A DNA stretch of 64,000 bases from an uncultured Gammaproteobacteria bacterium (GCA_964350265.1 CAYGJZ010000009.1:427-64426); one strand, 5' to 3'; counted from the first letter of the stretch, positions 1 through 8,835 are shown. Numbers and translations: made by a program. Notes: generated from the letters alone by a model not told the origin.

Positions 1-799
1 CCAGCCGCTGCAGGTTGCAGTTGATCACGAACACCAGGTTGTCCAGCTTCTCGCGCACCGCCAGGGCGATGGCGCCCTGGGTTTCCGGCTCGTCGGTTTC
101 GCCGTCGCCGATGAATACCCACACCTTGCGGTCGCTCTTCGCCACCAGGCCGCGGTGCTCCATGTACTTCATGAAGCGCGCCTGGTAGATGGCCATGATC
201 GGTCCAAGCCCCATGGAAACGGTCGGGAACTGCCAGAAGTCCGGCATCAGCCACGGGTGTGGATACGAGGACACGCCGTGGCCGCCGACCTCGCGGCGGT
301 AGTTGGCGAGCTGCTCCGCCGACAGCCGCCCCTCGAGGAAGGCGCGGGCATAGATGCCCGGCGAACTGTGGCCCTGGAAGAAGATCATGTCGCCGCCGCC
401 GGGGGCGTCGGGGCCGCGCCAGAAATGATTGAAGCCGGTCTCGTAGAGCACCGCCGAGGACTGGAAGCTGGCGATGTGTCCACCCGGTTCGCCGGGACGA
501 CGGTTGCCGGCCACCACCATGGCCACGGCATTCCAGCGAATCGCCTGGTAGAGCCGGGTCTCCAGCTCGACGTTGCCGGGATAGGCCGGCTGCCGCGACG
601 GCGGGATGGTGTTGAGGTAGGCGGTACGCGCACAGTCCGGCGGCTGCACGCCGGCCGCCACGGCCTGGTCCAGCGCCGCCTTGACCAGGAAGCGGGCGCG
701 CTCGGCGCCCTCGCGCTCGATGACCACGTCGATGGCCTCGCGCCACTCGTCGGTCTCGATCGGGTCCACGTCTTTGCATGGTGTGGTCGCAGACATCAT
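1..799 (-). CDS. aceE: pyruvate dehydrogenase E1 component (homodimeric type), N-terminal part; gene continues past window start
   Basis: Reverse-strand ORF open at the window edge, so it is absent from the ORF track. From ATG 799 it reads MMSATTPCKDVDPIETDEWREAIDVVIEREGAERARFL. At the edge it reads VWVFIGDGETDEPETQGAIALAVREKLDNLVFVINCNLQRL. Both stretches follow the E. coli AceE pattern (DVDPIETRDW...; GDGEMDEPE...NLVFVINCNLQRL). Confidence 0.85.
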   Translation of the reverse strand, partial: MMSATTPCKDVDPIETDEWREAIDVVIEREGAERARFLVKAALDQAVAAGVQPPDCARTAYLNTIPPSRQPAYPGNVELETRLYQAIRWNAVAMVVAGNRRPGEPGGHIASFQSSAVLYETGFNHFWRGPDAPGGGDMIFFQGHSSPGIYARAFLEGRLSAEQLANYRREVGGHGVSSYPHPWLMPDFWQFPTVSMGLGPIMAIYQARFMKYMEHRGLVAKSDRKVWVFIGDGETDEPETQGAIALAVREKLDNLVFVINCNLQRL

Positions 800-817
800 T
801 CACTCCTCGTCCAGTGA

Positions 818-833
818 AATTGGTCAGACCATT
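818..833. promoter_or_regulatory. candidate PdhR/FadR-subfamily operator, palindrome AATTGGTCAGACCATT
   Basis: Read directly: TGGT-N3-ACCA palindrome 19 nt upstream of the aceE ATG, in the aceE/pdhR-like divergent gap. One mismatch to the remembered PdhR box ATTGGT-N3-ACCAAT. Confidence 0.5.
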
Positions 834-937
834 ATATGGACTGATTATTTCCTGTCAATGACCAGAGAGCCCACGAAAACCCGTGCAGAATCAGGAGCTT
901 CGACGCCCGGCCCGGTGCGGCGAGCCGCCGAGGGAAT

Positions 938-953
938 AAAATGGTCTGACAAC
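938..953. promoter_or_regulatory. second, degenerate PdhR-like box AAATGGTCTGACAACT
   Basis: Reverse-complement copy of the 818-833 core (TGGTCTGAC) with one arm degraded; about 45 nt upstream of the regulator ATG at 999. Confidence 0.3.
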
Positions 954-998
954 TGCCAACTGGGGTATACTGCGGGCGAACACCCGCCCTGCCCCGCC

Positions 999-1748
999 AT
1001 GAAACTCAAGCCGATCAAACCGTCGAAGATTTCCGACGCCATCACCGGCCAGCTCAAGGAGCTGATTCGCAGTGGCGCCCTGAAGCCCGGTGACCGGCTG
1101 CCCTCGGAGCGCGAGCTGGTCGACCAGCTCGGCGTGTCGCGGCCGTCGGTGCGCGAGGCGCTGTTGAAGCTGGAGGCGCGCGGGCTGATCACCTCCCGCC
1201 AGGGCGGCGGCACCTACGTCGCCGACGTGCTGGCGCCGTCCATCGTCAACCCGCTGGCCGACCTGCTGCGCGACCAGCCCGAAGCGGTGTCCGACGTGCT
1301 CGAGTGCCGCCACGGCCTGGAGGAACTGGCCGCCAGCTATGCCGCCCTGCGCGCCACCGCCGACGACCGCGAGCTGATCCACGAAAAGCTGCTGGCGCTG
1401 AAGGAAGCCACCCAGGCACGCGACCTGGAACGCTCGGCCACCGCCGATGCCGAGTTCCACATGGCCATCGCCGAGGCCTCGCACAACTTCGCCCTGGTGC
1501 ACATCACCCGTTCGCTGTTCGACCTTTTGAACACGCAGATGATGAGCAACTGGGAACGACTGCTGACCCACCCCAGGACCTGCGACGAGATCCACGACCA
1601 GCACCAGTTCATCCACGAGGCCATCGTCAGCGGCGACCCGGACATGGCGCGCAATGCCGCCCACTCGCACCTGTCCTACATCGGCCGTTCGCTGCGCGAG
1701 CTGATCCTTCGCGACGAGCCGGGCAACGGCCGCGCCAGGGCGCACTGA
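999..1748 (+). CDS. pdhR: GntR/FadR-family transcriptional repressor, PdhR-like
   Basis: Frame of ORF 681..1748; start ATG 999. MKLKPIKPSKISDAITGQLKELIRSGALKPGDRLPSERELVDQLGVSRPSVREALLKLEARGLI is a GntR winged helix, followed by an FCD-type helical domain. Divergent from aceE with matching boxes in the gap. Confidence 0.75.
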   Translation: MKLKPIKPSKISDAITGQLKELIRSGALKPGDRLPSERELVDQLGVSRPSVREALLKLEARGLITSRQGGGTYVADVLAPSIVNPLADLLRDQPEAVSDVLECRHGLEELAASYAALRATADDRELIHEKLLALKEATQARDLERSATADAEFHMAIAEASHNFALVHITRSLFDLLNTQMMSNWERLLTHPRTCDEIHDQHQFIHEAIVSGDPDMARNAAHSHLSYIGRSLRELILRDEPGNGRARAH

Positions 1749-2440
1749 TGCCCGTCTCCGCCACCGCGCCATCGGCGCCGCCGGTTCGCCAGGTGCTGTT
1801 CGACATGGACGGCCTGCTGCTCGACACCGAGTCCATCTACACCGCGGTGACGCAGCAGGTGGTCGGCCGCTTCGGCAAGGTCTTCGACTGGTCGGTGAAG
1901 GCGAACATGATCGGCCGCGACTCGCGCGAGTCGTCGCGCTACCTGGTGGAGGCACTGGAGCTGCCGATCAGCGCCGAGGAGTACCTGGTCGAGCGCGACG
2001 GCCTGTTGCGCGAAGCCTTCCCCCGCGCCGAGGCCATGCCCGGCGCCGAGCGCCTGGTGCGTCGCCTGTCCGCCGCCGGCATTCCCATCGCCGTGGCCAC
2101 CAGCTCACACCTCGACCTGTTCGAGCTGAAGACCCGCCGTCACCGGCACTGGTTCTCGTTGTTCGACACCGTGGTCACCGGCGATCATCCGCAGGTCACG
2201 CGCGCCAAGCCCGCCCCGGACATCTTCCTGGTGGCGGCGGCGAAGCTCGGCGGTGAGCCGGCACGCACGCTGGTCTTCGAGGATGCCCCCTCGGGGCTGG
2301 CCGCGGGCAACAGCGCGGGCATGCGCGTGATCGCCGTGCCCGATCCGAACATGGACCGGGCGCGCTATGCCGGGGCGGTGGAGATCCTCGGCTCGCTGGA
2401 GGAATTCGACCCCGCGCGCTACGGCATCGTCGACGCCTGA
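1748..2440 (+). CDS. HAD-IA family hydrolase (phosphatase)
   Basis: Frame of ORF 1304..2440; ATG 1748 shares one nt with the pdhR-like TGA. HAD motifs read: FDMDGLLLDTE, VATSS, K..PAPDIF, FEDAPSGLAAG. Confidence 0.8.
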   Translation: MPVSATAPSAPPVRQVLFDMDGLLLDTESIYTAVTQQVVGRFGKVFDWSVKANMIGRDSRESSRYLVEALELPISAEEYLVERDGLLREAFPRAEAMPGAERLVRRLSAAGIPIAVATSSHLDLFELKTRRHRHWFSLFDTVVTGDHPQVTRAKPAPDIFLVAAAKLGGEPARTLVFEDAPSGLAAGNSAGMRVIAVPDPNMDRARYAGAVEILGSLEEFDPARYGIVDA

Positions 2441-2461
2441 TCCGCCAACCCAGGCCGGCGT

Positions 2462-2815
2462 CTAGGCGTCGCGCAGCGCCGCGACCACGGTCACCTCCAC
2501 CTTCAGGTCCGGGTGCGCCAGGGCCGATTCCCCGCAGGCCCGGGCCGGCGCCGCGCCCTCGGGCACCCAGGCATCCCAGACCGCGTTCATGGTCTCGAAA
2601 TCGCCCATGTCGGCCAGCCAGATCACCGCCTGCAACAGGCAGTCGCGGCCACTGCCGGCCTCCTCGAGCAGGGCATCCACCCGCGACAGGCACTCCCGGG
2701 TCTGCACGTCCACCGGATCCCCCGGGTTGCCCACCTGGCCACTCAGGTACACCACCTTGTCATGGATGACGATCTTGCTCATGCGGGTGCCGACGTGGCG
2801 GCGGGTAATGGTCAT
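2462..2815 (-). CDS. ridA: RidA/YjgF family reactive-intermediate deaminase
   Basis: 117-aa ORF of typical size, with VVYLSGQVG near the N-terminus and KVEVTVVA at the C-terminus, as in YjgF/RidA proteins. Confidence 0.8.
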   Translation of the reverse strand: MTITRRHVGTRMSKIVIHDKVVYLSGQVGNPGDPVDVQTRECLSRVDALLEEAGSGRDCLLQAVIWLADMGDFETMNAVWDAWVPEGAAPARACGESALAHPDLKVEVTVVAALRDA

Positions 2816-2904
2816 GCTCGATGCTCCTGTGCGGGCTGGGGATGGACGGTGACAGCAGCGCCGCAGTGTACCGCAGCATCGCCCGCACCGGTCGCGGGCA
2901 AGGC

Positions 2905-4134
2905 TCAGCGTCGCGCCAGCGGCAGGCTGCCGAGGTGCCGATCGATTTCCCGCACCACCTCGGCGCGCAGCGGCAGGTGGGTCCTCTCCCGATGCCAGTG
3001 CTCGTGGAACGACGCCACCGTCTGGCGCGCGGTCTCGAGCACCGGCTTTTCCGGCAACAGGGCGCGCGCAGCGAGATGGGAAAGCTCTTCTTCGGTCAAT
3101 GCCGAGAACGCCTTGTAACGACTGACCTTGAGTGCCGAGCGCAGATCGGGAATGTACGGGATGGTGGACACGAAGTCATAGGCCGGCGCAAGTCTTGCCC
3201 GCCGCTGGTCTGGATAGATCAACGACCAGTTCTTCAGATGCATGTCGGCATTGCCGATCAGCACGTTGAACACCAGCCGACGGATGAGCTCGGCGATATC
3301 CTCTTCCCCGGACTCCACCGCGAGCACCCTGGCAATGCTGCGCATGCTGGCCCGGCCGTACTTGTGTTCGGGATAGACACCGAACACCTGGGCGAAGTCC
3401 TCCATGTGCACCGCTCGACCGTCGGCGAGCCGGTCGAAGCGCTCAATGGCATAGGCCGATTGCCCACTGAACGATCGAAGTCCCTGCGGCAGGTTGGTGA
3501 TCGTGTCGACGGCCACCAGGCGAACCGGCGGCACATCGATGCCGACCATGCGAGCCAGCGTCATCATCGAGTACTCGTTCTCCGGCAGGCCGGCGAACTC
3601 CGTTGACGGCAACTTGACGATCCACGATCCGCCGATGCCGTTGGCTGGAATGGTCAGCCCGCGACGGTTCTCCTCGAGTGCGGAGAATTTCAACTGCACC
3701 CCGGCCAGCGAAAAACGAAGGGCTCCGTCGTCCCGGCCGCGACCAGGATCATCGTCGTCGGCGTCGTCTTCCATCGCACGCGCCTCGCCCTCGCCGGGAA
3801 CCACGGTAACCGCCCCGGGCAGATCCCGGCCCAGCGCACGCAGCAGGAAAAACTCGCGCTCGGGATGTACCGAGGCGCGCTCGGCCAGGTAGGCGCGCAT
3901 GCGACCTTCGGGCAGGAGATTGGCAAAGAAGGGCATGAGTCGCACGCGGTACGGGCGAAACGAGGTAATCAACTCGCCGTAGGTATCCTTGAAGTGCAGC
4001 CCCAGCACCGCGCGGTCTTCGTCGTGTACGTAGTCGTCACGAAAGGCGAACAGCGTGCGTTCCCCGCCGACATGGGCGAGGCTGCCCACCGGCCGGCCAT
4101 GCAGGCAAACATCGAGCACGGACACGTCAGCCAT
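2905..4134 (-). CDS. hipA: HipA-family serine/threonine kinase toxin
   Basis: Start taken at MADVSVLDVCLHGRPVGSL (ATG 4134). N-terminal HipA coupling region; LAGVQLKFS; catalytic GNADMHLKNWS; APAYDFVST. Acidic insert EDDADDDDPGRGRDDG. Confidence 0.85.
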   Translation of the reverse strand: MADVSVLDVCLHGRPVGSLAHVGGERTLFAFRDDYVHDEDRAVLGLHFKDTYGELITSFRPYRVRLMPFFANLLPEGRMRAYLAERASVHPEREFFLLRALGRDLPGAVTVVPGEGEARAMEDDADDDDPGRGRDDGALRFSLAGVQLKFSALEENRRGLTIPANGIGGSWIVKLPSTEFAGLPENEYSMMTLARMVGIDVPPVRLVAVDTITNLPQGLRSFSGQSAYAIERFDRLADGRAVHMEDFAQVFGVYPEHKYGRASMRSIARVLAVESGEEDIAELIRRLVFNVLIGNADMHLKNWSLIYPDQRRARLAPAYDFVSTIPYIPDLRSALKVSRYKAFSALTEEELSHLAARALLPEKPVLETARQTVASFHEHWHRERTHLPLRAEVVREIDRHLGSLPLARR

Positions 4135-4717
4135 CGTCCTCGTCCTCGTCGAGTCGATAGGCGCTCTGCTGCGTCGCCATCCCCTCCGAATCATGGTGCA
4201 TGCGCTGACTGCGCCAGCGCGCCACCTGCGCGGCCACGTCCGGAAGCCAGTGCAGGTCGCCGTCCCCGGCTTCTTCGATCCCGCGCAGGAGCTTGTTCAG
4301 CGTGCGTGACGTCGGCAACGCACCAGGAAGGCGTTCGAGGTCCCGGAGGTGGTGGACAAGGCGCGCCAGGTCCTCGTCCTGCGGGCAGGCGCGAAGGAAT
4401 CGTTCCACCTGGCGTCGCAGGCGCAGCAGGATTCCGAGGGCACCGTTGCGATCGCCCGCCGGCCTCGGCGGCTCGGCGGTGTCCACCAGCGAATGCACCA
4501 CGGGAACCAACCGGCGCGGCACCAGCACGGGCTCCAGTCCAAGCGCACGGGCCAGCGCGAGCAGGCTGGAGAACCTCGGATCGATGGCGCCGTTTTCCAT
4601 CCGTGACACCTGGTTCTGCATCAGGCCAGCCTTGTCGGCCACCTGCCGCTGGTTGAGCCCAGCATGCCTGCGAGCGGTCTTGAGGTGGCGGGCAATGTCC
4701 CGGATCGAATCGGACAT
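4127..4717 (-). CDS. hipB: Xre-HTH antitoxin, HipB-like, with ~120-aa C-terminal extension
   Basis: 196 aa. N-terminal HTH LNQRQVADKAGLMQNQVSRMENG. Overlaps the hipA start by 8 nt (4127-4134). Helical extension ends in the acidic tail LDEDEDDG. Confidence 0.7.
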   Translation of the reverse strand: MSDSIRDIARHLKTARRHAGLNQRQVADKAGLMQNQVSRMENGAIDPRFSSLLALARALGLEPVLVPRRLVPVVHSLVDTAEPPRPAGDRNGALGILLRLRRQVERFLRACPQDEDLARLVHHLRDLERLPGALPTSRTLNKLLRGIEEAGDGDLHWLPDVAAQVARWRSQRMHHDSEGMATQQSAYRLDEDEDDG

Positions 4718-4795
4718 GATGATATCGCTAAATAGTTAGTAAATCTTTTTGATATATTATTATAGATCGTTTCGTGGTGTCGAATCCCATAGACG
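4718..4795 (-). promoter_or_regulatory. AT-rich hipBA promoter/operator region
   Basis: Read directly: the most AT-rich patch in the window (gatatcgctaaatagttagtaaatctttttgatatattattatagatcg). TATAAT is present on the minus strand. Two GATAT(C/A) half-sites at 4721 and 4751, 30 bp apart. Confidence 0.35.
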
Positions 4796-4807
4796 AGACG
4801 CCTCCCG

Positions 4808-5719
4808 CTACCCCGGTACGCGGGCACCGAGAGCATCGACGGCAAGGCGCTCAAGATCGTGCAGGCAGTCGTCGATGCTGCGACCGGAGGTGTCGAGGAC
4901 GTGGTCGGCGAGGCGGTAGCGGGCCTCGCGCTGGTCCAGGATGGCCTTCAGGTCGTCCATGGCAGCGCCGATGTTGCCCGCCATCGGCCGCAGGTCGCCC
5001 TGGTTGACCACCCGCTGCATGTGTTCCTCGGCGCTGGCACGCACCCACACGGTGGTGAAGGAGCGCAGCAGCAGGTCGTGGGCCATTTCCTGCATCACCA
5101 GGCTGCCGCCGACCTCCAGCACCATGCGGTCGTGGTCGCCGATGACCTGCTGCAGGGCCTGCTGCTCGAGGCGGCGGTAGAGGGTCTGGCCGCCGAGGGA
5201 AAACAGTTCGCCCACCTGCATCGAGCCGAGTTCCGCGATGACGTCGCCAAGACGGATGAAGGGCACCTGGCAACGCGCCGCCAGGCGTTCGCCAAGGGTG
5301 CTCTTGCCGGCGCCGCGCAGCCCCACCAGCGCCACCCCGCGCTTGCGTTCGGTGGCGGCGCCAAGGTTGCGCAGCAACAGCTCGTAGGCCCACTGTCGCT
5401 CCCGTGGCGACAGCCGCCCGACCAGGTGACCGAGCGGCTCGCCCGCCGCCGACTCGTCGCTGGCGCCGGGAATGAATTCCACCAGGCCGGCGCCGAGGGA
5501 GGAAGCCACTTTCCACAGCACCGATACCGACGCGTTGGCGCGGCCGCTCTCCAGCTGGGCGAGGTAGCGCAGCGAGATGCCGGAGCGCTCGGCCAGCTGG
5601 CGCCGGGTGAGGCCGCGCTTTTGCCGGGCGCGGCGCACCCGCAGGCCGATGTCGGCGAGCAGCGCGGCCAGCGCCGGGTCGTCTTCTCGTGGGGATGGGG
5701 CGCGGCGCTCTTCGCTCAT
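4808..5719 (-). CDS. BzdR/BoxR-type regulator: Xre HTH fused to a shikimate-kinase-like domain
   Basis: Start at MSEERR (ATG 5719). HTH LTRRQLAERSGISLRYLAQLESG, then Walker A GLRGAGKSTLGERLA and an AroK-like fold. The same architecture is recalled for the Azoarcus benzoyl-CoA-responsive repressors. Divergent from an aryl-CoA ligase cluster. Confidence 0.75.
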   Translation of the reverse strand: MSEERRAPSPREDDPALAALLADIGLRVRRARQKRGLTRRQLAERSGISLRYLAQLESGRANASVSVLWKVASSLGAGLVEFIPGASDESAAGEPLGHLVGRLSPRERQWAYELLLRNLGAATERKRGVALVGLRGAGKSTLGERLAARCQVPFIRLGDVIAELGSMQVGELFSLGGQTLYRRLEQQALQQVIGDHDRMVLEVGGSLVMQEMAHDLLLRSFTTVWVRASAEEHMQRVVNQGDLRPMAGNIGAAMDDLKAILDQREARYRLADHVLDTSGRSIDDCLHDLERLAVDALGARVPG

Positions 5720-5744
5720 GGTCGGTGGACGATGGGGGACAAGG

Positions 5745-5758
5745 TGCAATATCTTGCA
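5745..5758. promoter_or_regulatory. TGCA-N6-TGCA palindrome (TGCAATATCTTGCA), candidate BzdR/BoxR-type operator
   Basis: Read directly, 26 nt upstream of the regulator ATG and about 150 nt upstream of the divergent DUF4863 gene. BzdR operators are recalled as TGCA repeats inside palindromes. Confidence 0.45.
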
Positions 5759-5910
5759 GCAACGCGGCCGTGATCGCCAAGTTCGAGGTTTTTTATTGCG
5801 CCTGCCGTCCATTCCCGCTGAAATGCCGTGCCCCGCCGTGGATCACGCCGGCCCCCGCGACGACGGGGCGAGCCGGCAAGCCCCGGCATGGACCCGCTTC
5901 GGAGAACGAC

Positions 5911-6381
5911 ATGAACCGTGCGACCTTTGACCAACGCATCGCCGAGCTCGTCGACGACATCGGCGACCGGCAACTGGACGACCAGCTCGCCGGCGATCTC
6001 AATGCCCGTTACGGGCCGGACAGCACCTGGTATGCCGCGGTGCGCGAGGCCTGCCTGGCGGCGGTGGCGGAGGGCTGGATGTGCGACCGCGAGGCCGGCG
6101 GCATCCGCTACGGCCGGGTCACCCGGCCAGGGGACAGCGCCGGGGCATTCAGCGTCGACGTGGTGTCCATGGAGGACTGTCGCGGCCCCTACCACGTCCA
6201 CCCGGCCGGCGAGATCGACCTGGTCATGCCGCTGGCCGAGGGCGCACGCTTCGACGGCCAGGGTGCCGGCTGGAAGGTCTACCCGGCGGGCAGCGGCCAC
6301 TATCCCACCGTCGACGGCGGCGCCGCGCTGGTGCTCTACCTGCTGCCCGGCGGCCGTATCGACTTCACCCGGCCGGCATAG
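5911..6381 (+). CDS. DUF4863-like cupin-type protein (possibly PnbB/4-hydroxylaminobenzoate-lyase-like)
   Basis: Frame of ORF 5689..6381; ATG 5911 (MNRATFDQRIAEL). YHVHPAGEIDLVMPL and HYPTVDGGAALVLYLLPGGRIDF look like metal-binding cupin strands. The family name is from memory only. Confidence 0.55.
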   Translation: MNRATFDQRIAELVDDIGDRQLDDQLAGDLNARYGPDSTWYAAVREACLAAVAEGWMCDREAGGIRYGRVTRPGDSAGAFSVDVVSMEDCRGPYHVHPAGEIDLVMPLAEGARFDGQGAGWKVYPAGSGHYPTVDGGAALVLYLLPGGRIDFTRPA

Positions 6382-6425
6382 CCGCGCGGGCCGGCGAACA
6401 CCCGATCTGAACAGGAGGAACCCCC

Positions 6426-8021
6426 GTGAGCGACCCCGACCCACGCAGCATCGACGAGAACGAGATTCCGCGCCGCTTCAACGCCGCCAGCCACTACGTC
6501 GACCGCCACCTCGCCGAAGGACGCGGCGACAAGATCGCCTTCATCGACGCCGACGGCAGCCACAGCTACGGCGCACTGGCCCGGCGGGTCAACCAGGTGG
6601 CCCATGCCCTGGTCGGCCTCGGCGTGCGTCCCGAGGCGCGGATCGCCCTGCTGGCCCATGACACGGTGGCCTTTCCCGCCGTCTTCTTCGGCGCCATCAA
6701 GGCCGGCATCGTGCCGGTGGCGGTGAACACCCTGCTCACCGCCGATCACTACCGCTACATCCTCGGCGACTGCCGCGCCCAGGTCCTGTTCGTGTCCGAG
6801 GCGCTGTACGACACCGTGGCGCCGGTGCTCGACGAGCTGGACCGCCTCGAGCAGGTGGTGGTGATCGGCGGCGACGGCCGCGGCCATCTTGCCCTGGACA
6901 GCCTCCTCGCCGAGGCCCCGGACGCGTTCGAGGCCGCCGACACCTGCCGCGACGACGCCTGCTTCTGGCTCTACTCCTCCGGCTCCACCGGCAACCCCAA
7001 GGGCGTGGTGCACCGCCATGCCAACCTCTACTGGACCGGGCGCCTGTATGGCCGCGGCGTGCTCGGCATCGAGGAGAGCGATGTCATCTTCTCCGCCGCC
7101 AAGCTGTTCTTCGCCTATGGCCTGGGCAATGGCATGACCTTCCCGATGGAGGTCGGCGCCACCACCGTGCTGCTTCCCGGCCGGCCGACCCCGGACGCGG
7201 TGATGGCGGTGCTGCGCGAGCACCAGCCGACCCTGTTCGGCGGCGTGCCGACCCTGTACGCGGCGATGCTGGCGGACGCCGCCAACGGACGCGACAACGG
7301 CTCGGCGCGCCTGCGCCGCTGCATCTCCGCCGGCGAGGCGCTGCCCGAGGAGATCGGCAAGGCCTTCGAGAAGCGCTTCGGCGCCGAGATCCTCGACGGC
7401 GTCGGCTCCACCGAGATGCTGCACATCTACCTGTCCAACCGGCCCGGCGAGGTGCACTACGGCTGTTCCGGGGTGGCGGTGCCCGGCTACCACCTGAAAC
7501 TGGTCAACGAGCACGGCGAGGACGTGCCCCGCGGCGAGATCGGCGAGCTGCTGGTGAATGCGCCGAGCGCCTGCGACGGCTACTTCAACCAGCGCGAGAA
7601 GAACCGCCGCACCTTCGTCGGCGAGTGGTCCTTCAGCGGCGACAAGTACCTGGTCAACGACGACGGCTACTACGTCTACTGCGGCCGTTCCGACGACATG
7701 TTCAAGTCCGGCGGCAACTGGGTCTCGCCCTTCGAGGTGGAGTCGGCGCTGATCGCCCACGAGCAGGTGCTCGAGGCGGCGGTGATTCCGCGTGCCGACG
7801 AGCACGGCAATCTCAAGCCGAAGGCCTTCGTGGTGCTCAAGGCCGGGGCGAGGGCCGACGAGGCCATGGCCGAGACGCTGAAAACCTTCGTGCGCGAACA
7901 CCTGGAACTGTGGAAGTACCCGCGCTGGATCGAGTTCATCGACGAGCTGCCGAAGACCGCCACCGGCAAGATCCAGCGCTTCCGGTTGCGCGAGGCCGAT
8001 GCCGTTGCCGGCCACGGCTGA
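6426..8021 (+). CDS. benzoate-CoA ligase family aryl-carboxylate CoA ligase
   Basis: 531 aa. AMP-binding signature LYSSGSTGNPKGVVH, YGCSGV, GDKY, C-terminal PKTATGKIQRFRLRE. The N-terminus RRFNAASHYVDRHLAEGRGDKIAFID is typical of benzoate/4-hydroxybenzoate/2-aminobenzoate-CoA ligases. Confidence 0.85.
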   Translation: MSDPDPRSIDENEIPRRFNAASHYVDRHLAEGRGDKIAFIDADGSHSYGALARRVNQVAHALVGLGVRPEARIALLAHDTVAFPAVFFGAIKAGIVPVAVNTLLTADHYRYILGDCRAQVLFVSEALYDTVAPVLDELDRLEQVVVIGGDGRGHLALDSLLAEAPDAFEAADTCRDDACFWLYSSGSTGNPKGVVHRHANLYWTGRLYGRGVLGIEESDVIFSAAKLFFAYGLGNGMTFPMEVGATTVLLPGRPTPDAVMAVLREHQPTLFGGVPTLYAAMLADAANGRDNGSARLRRCISAGEALPEEIGKAFEKRFGAEILDGVGSTEMLHIYLSNRPGEVHYGCSGVAVPGYHLKLVNEHGEDVPRGEIGELLVNAPSACDGYFNQREKNRRTFVGEWSFSGDKYLVNDDGYYVYCGRSDDMFKSGGNWVSPFEVESALIAHEQVLEAAVIPRADEHGNLKPKAFVVLKAGARADEAMAETLKTFVREHLELWKYPRWIEFIDELPKTATGKIQRFRLREADAVAGHG

Positions 8022-8799
8022 GTCGCGCGGCTTCCTCGCGCTGCCGGGCGGGCGGGTCGAGTACGCCGACCATCCGGCCACCGGGCCGGCGGCGCCGACC
8101 CTGGTGCTGCTGCACGAGGGGCTGGGCTGCGTCGCGCTGTGGAAGACCTTCCCCGCCGAGCTGGCCGCGGCCACCGGCTGCCGGGTGCTGGCCTACAGCC
8201 GCTTCGGCTACGGCGCTTCCGACCCGGTGACCCTGCCACGGCCGTTGACCTACATGCACGAGGAGGGCATCGGCGTACTGCCCGCGGTGCTCGATGCCGC
8301 CGGGGTCGGCGAGTGCATCCTGGTTGGCCACAGCGACGGCGCCTCCATCGCCATCTGCTTCGGCGGCGGGCGCGCCGATGGCCGCCTGCGCGGCCTGGTG
8401 CTGATGGCGCCGCACGTGTTCAACGAGCCGCTCAGCGTGGCCAGCATCGAGGCCGCCCGCGATGCCTACGGGGCGGGTCTGCGCGAGAAGCTGGCCCGCT
8501 ACCACGGCGACAACGTCGACTGCGCCTTTCGCGGCTGGAACGATGCCTGGCTCGACCCGGGCTTCCGCCACTGGAACATCGAGCCGTTCTGCACCGCCAT
8601 CGGCGTGCCCACGCTGGTCATCCAGGGGCATGACGACGAGTACGGCACCCTGGCCCAGGTGGATGCCATCGTCGCCGGCATCCCCGGCCCGGTGGACACC
8701 CTGCTCCTCGACCAGTGCGGTCACTCGCCGCAGCGCGACCAGCCACGCGCCACCATCGACGCCATCGCCGGCTTCGTCGAAGGCCTTGCCGGCCACTGA
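7999..8799 (+). CDS. alpha/beta-fold hydrolase
   Basis: 266 aa. HEGLG oxyanion region, nucleophile elbow GHSDGAS, C-terminal GHSPQRD histidine. The start overlaps the ligase end by 23 nt. Confidence 0.8.
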   Translation: MPLPATAESRGFLALPGGRVEYADHPATGPAAPTLVLLHEGLGCVALWKTFPAELAAATGCRVLAYSRFGYGASDPVTLPRPLTYMHEEGIGVLPAVLDAAGVGECILVGHSDGASIAICFGGGRADGRLRGLVLMAPHVFNEPLSVASIEAARDAYGAGLREKLARYHGDNVDCAFRGWNDAWLDPGFRHWNIEPFCTAIGVPTLVIQGHDDEYGTLAQVDAIVAGIPGPVDTLLLDQCGHSPQRDQPRATIDAIAGFVEGLAGH

Positions 8800-8835
8800 C
8801 CGGCCCGGCGCACCGGGCGCATTACAATAGCGGGC

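Noticed and set aside
4808-5719. second shikimate kinase
   Set aside because: The kinase-like domain is fused to an Xre HTH and sits beside an aryl-CoA ligase cluster. A canonical aroK is present at 46017-46538. It is interpreted as a sensor domain.
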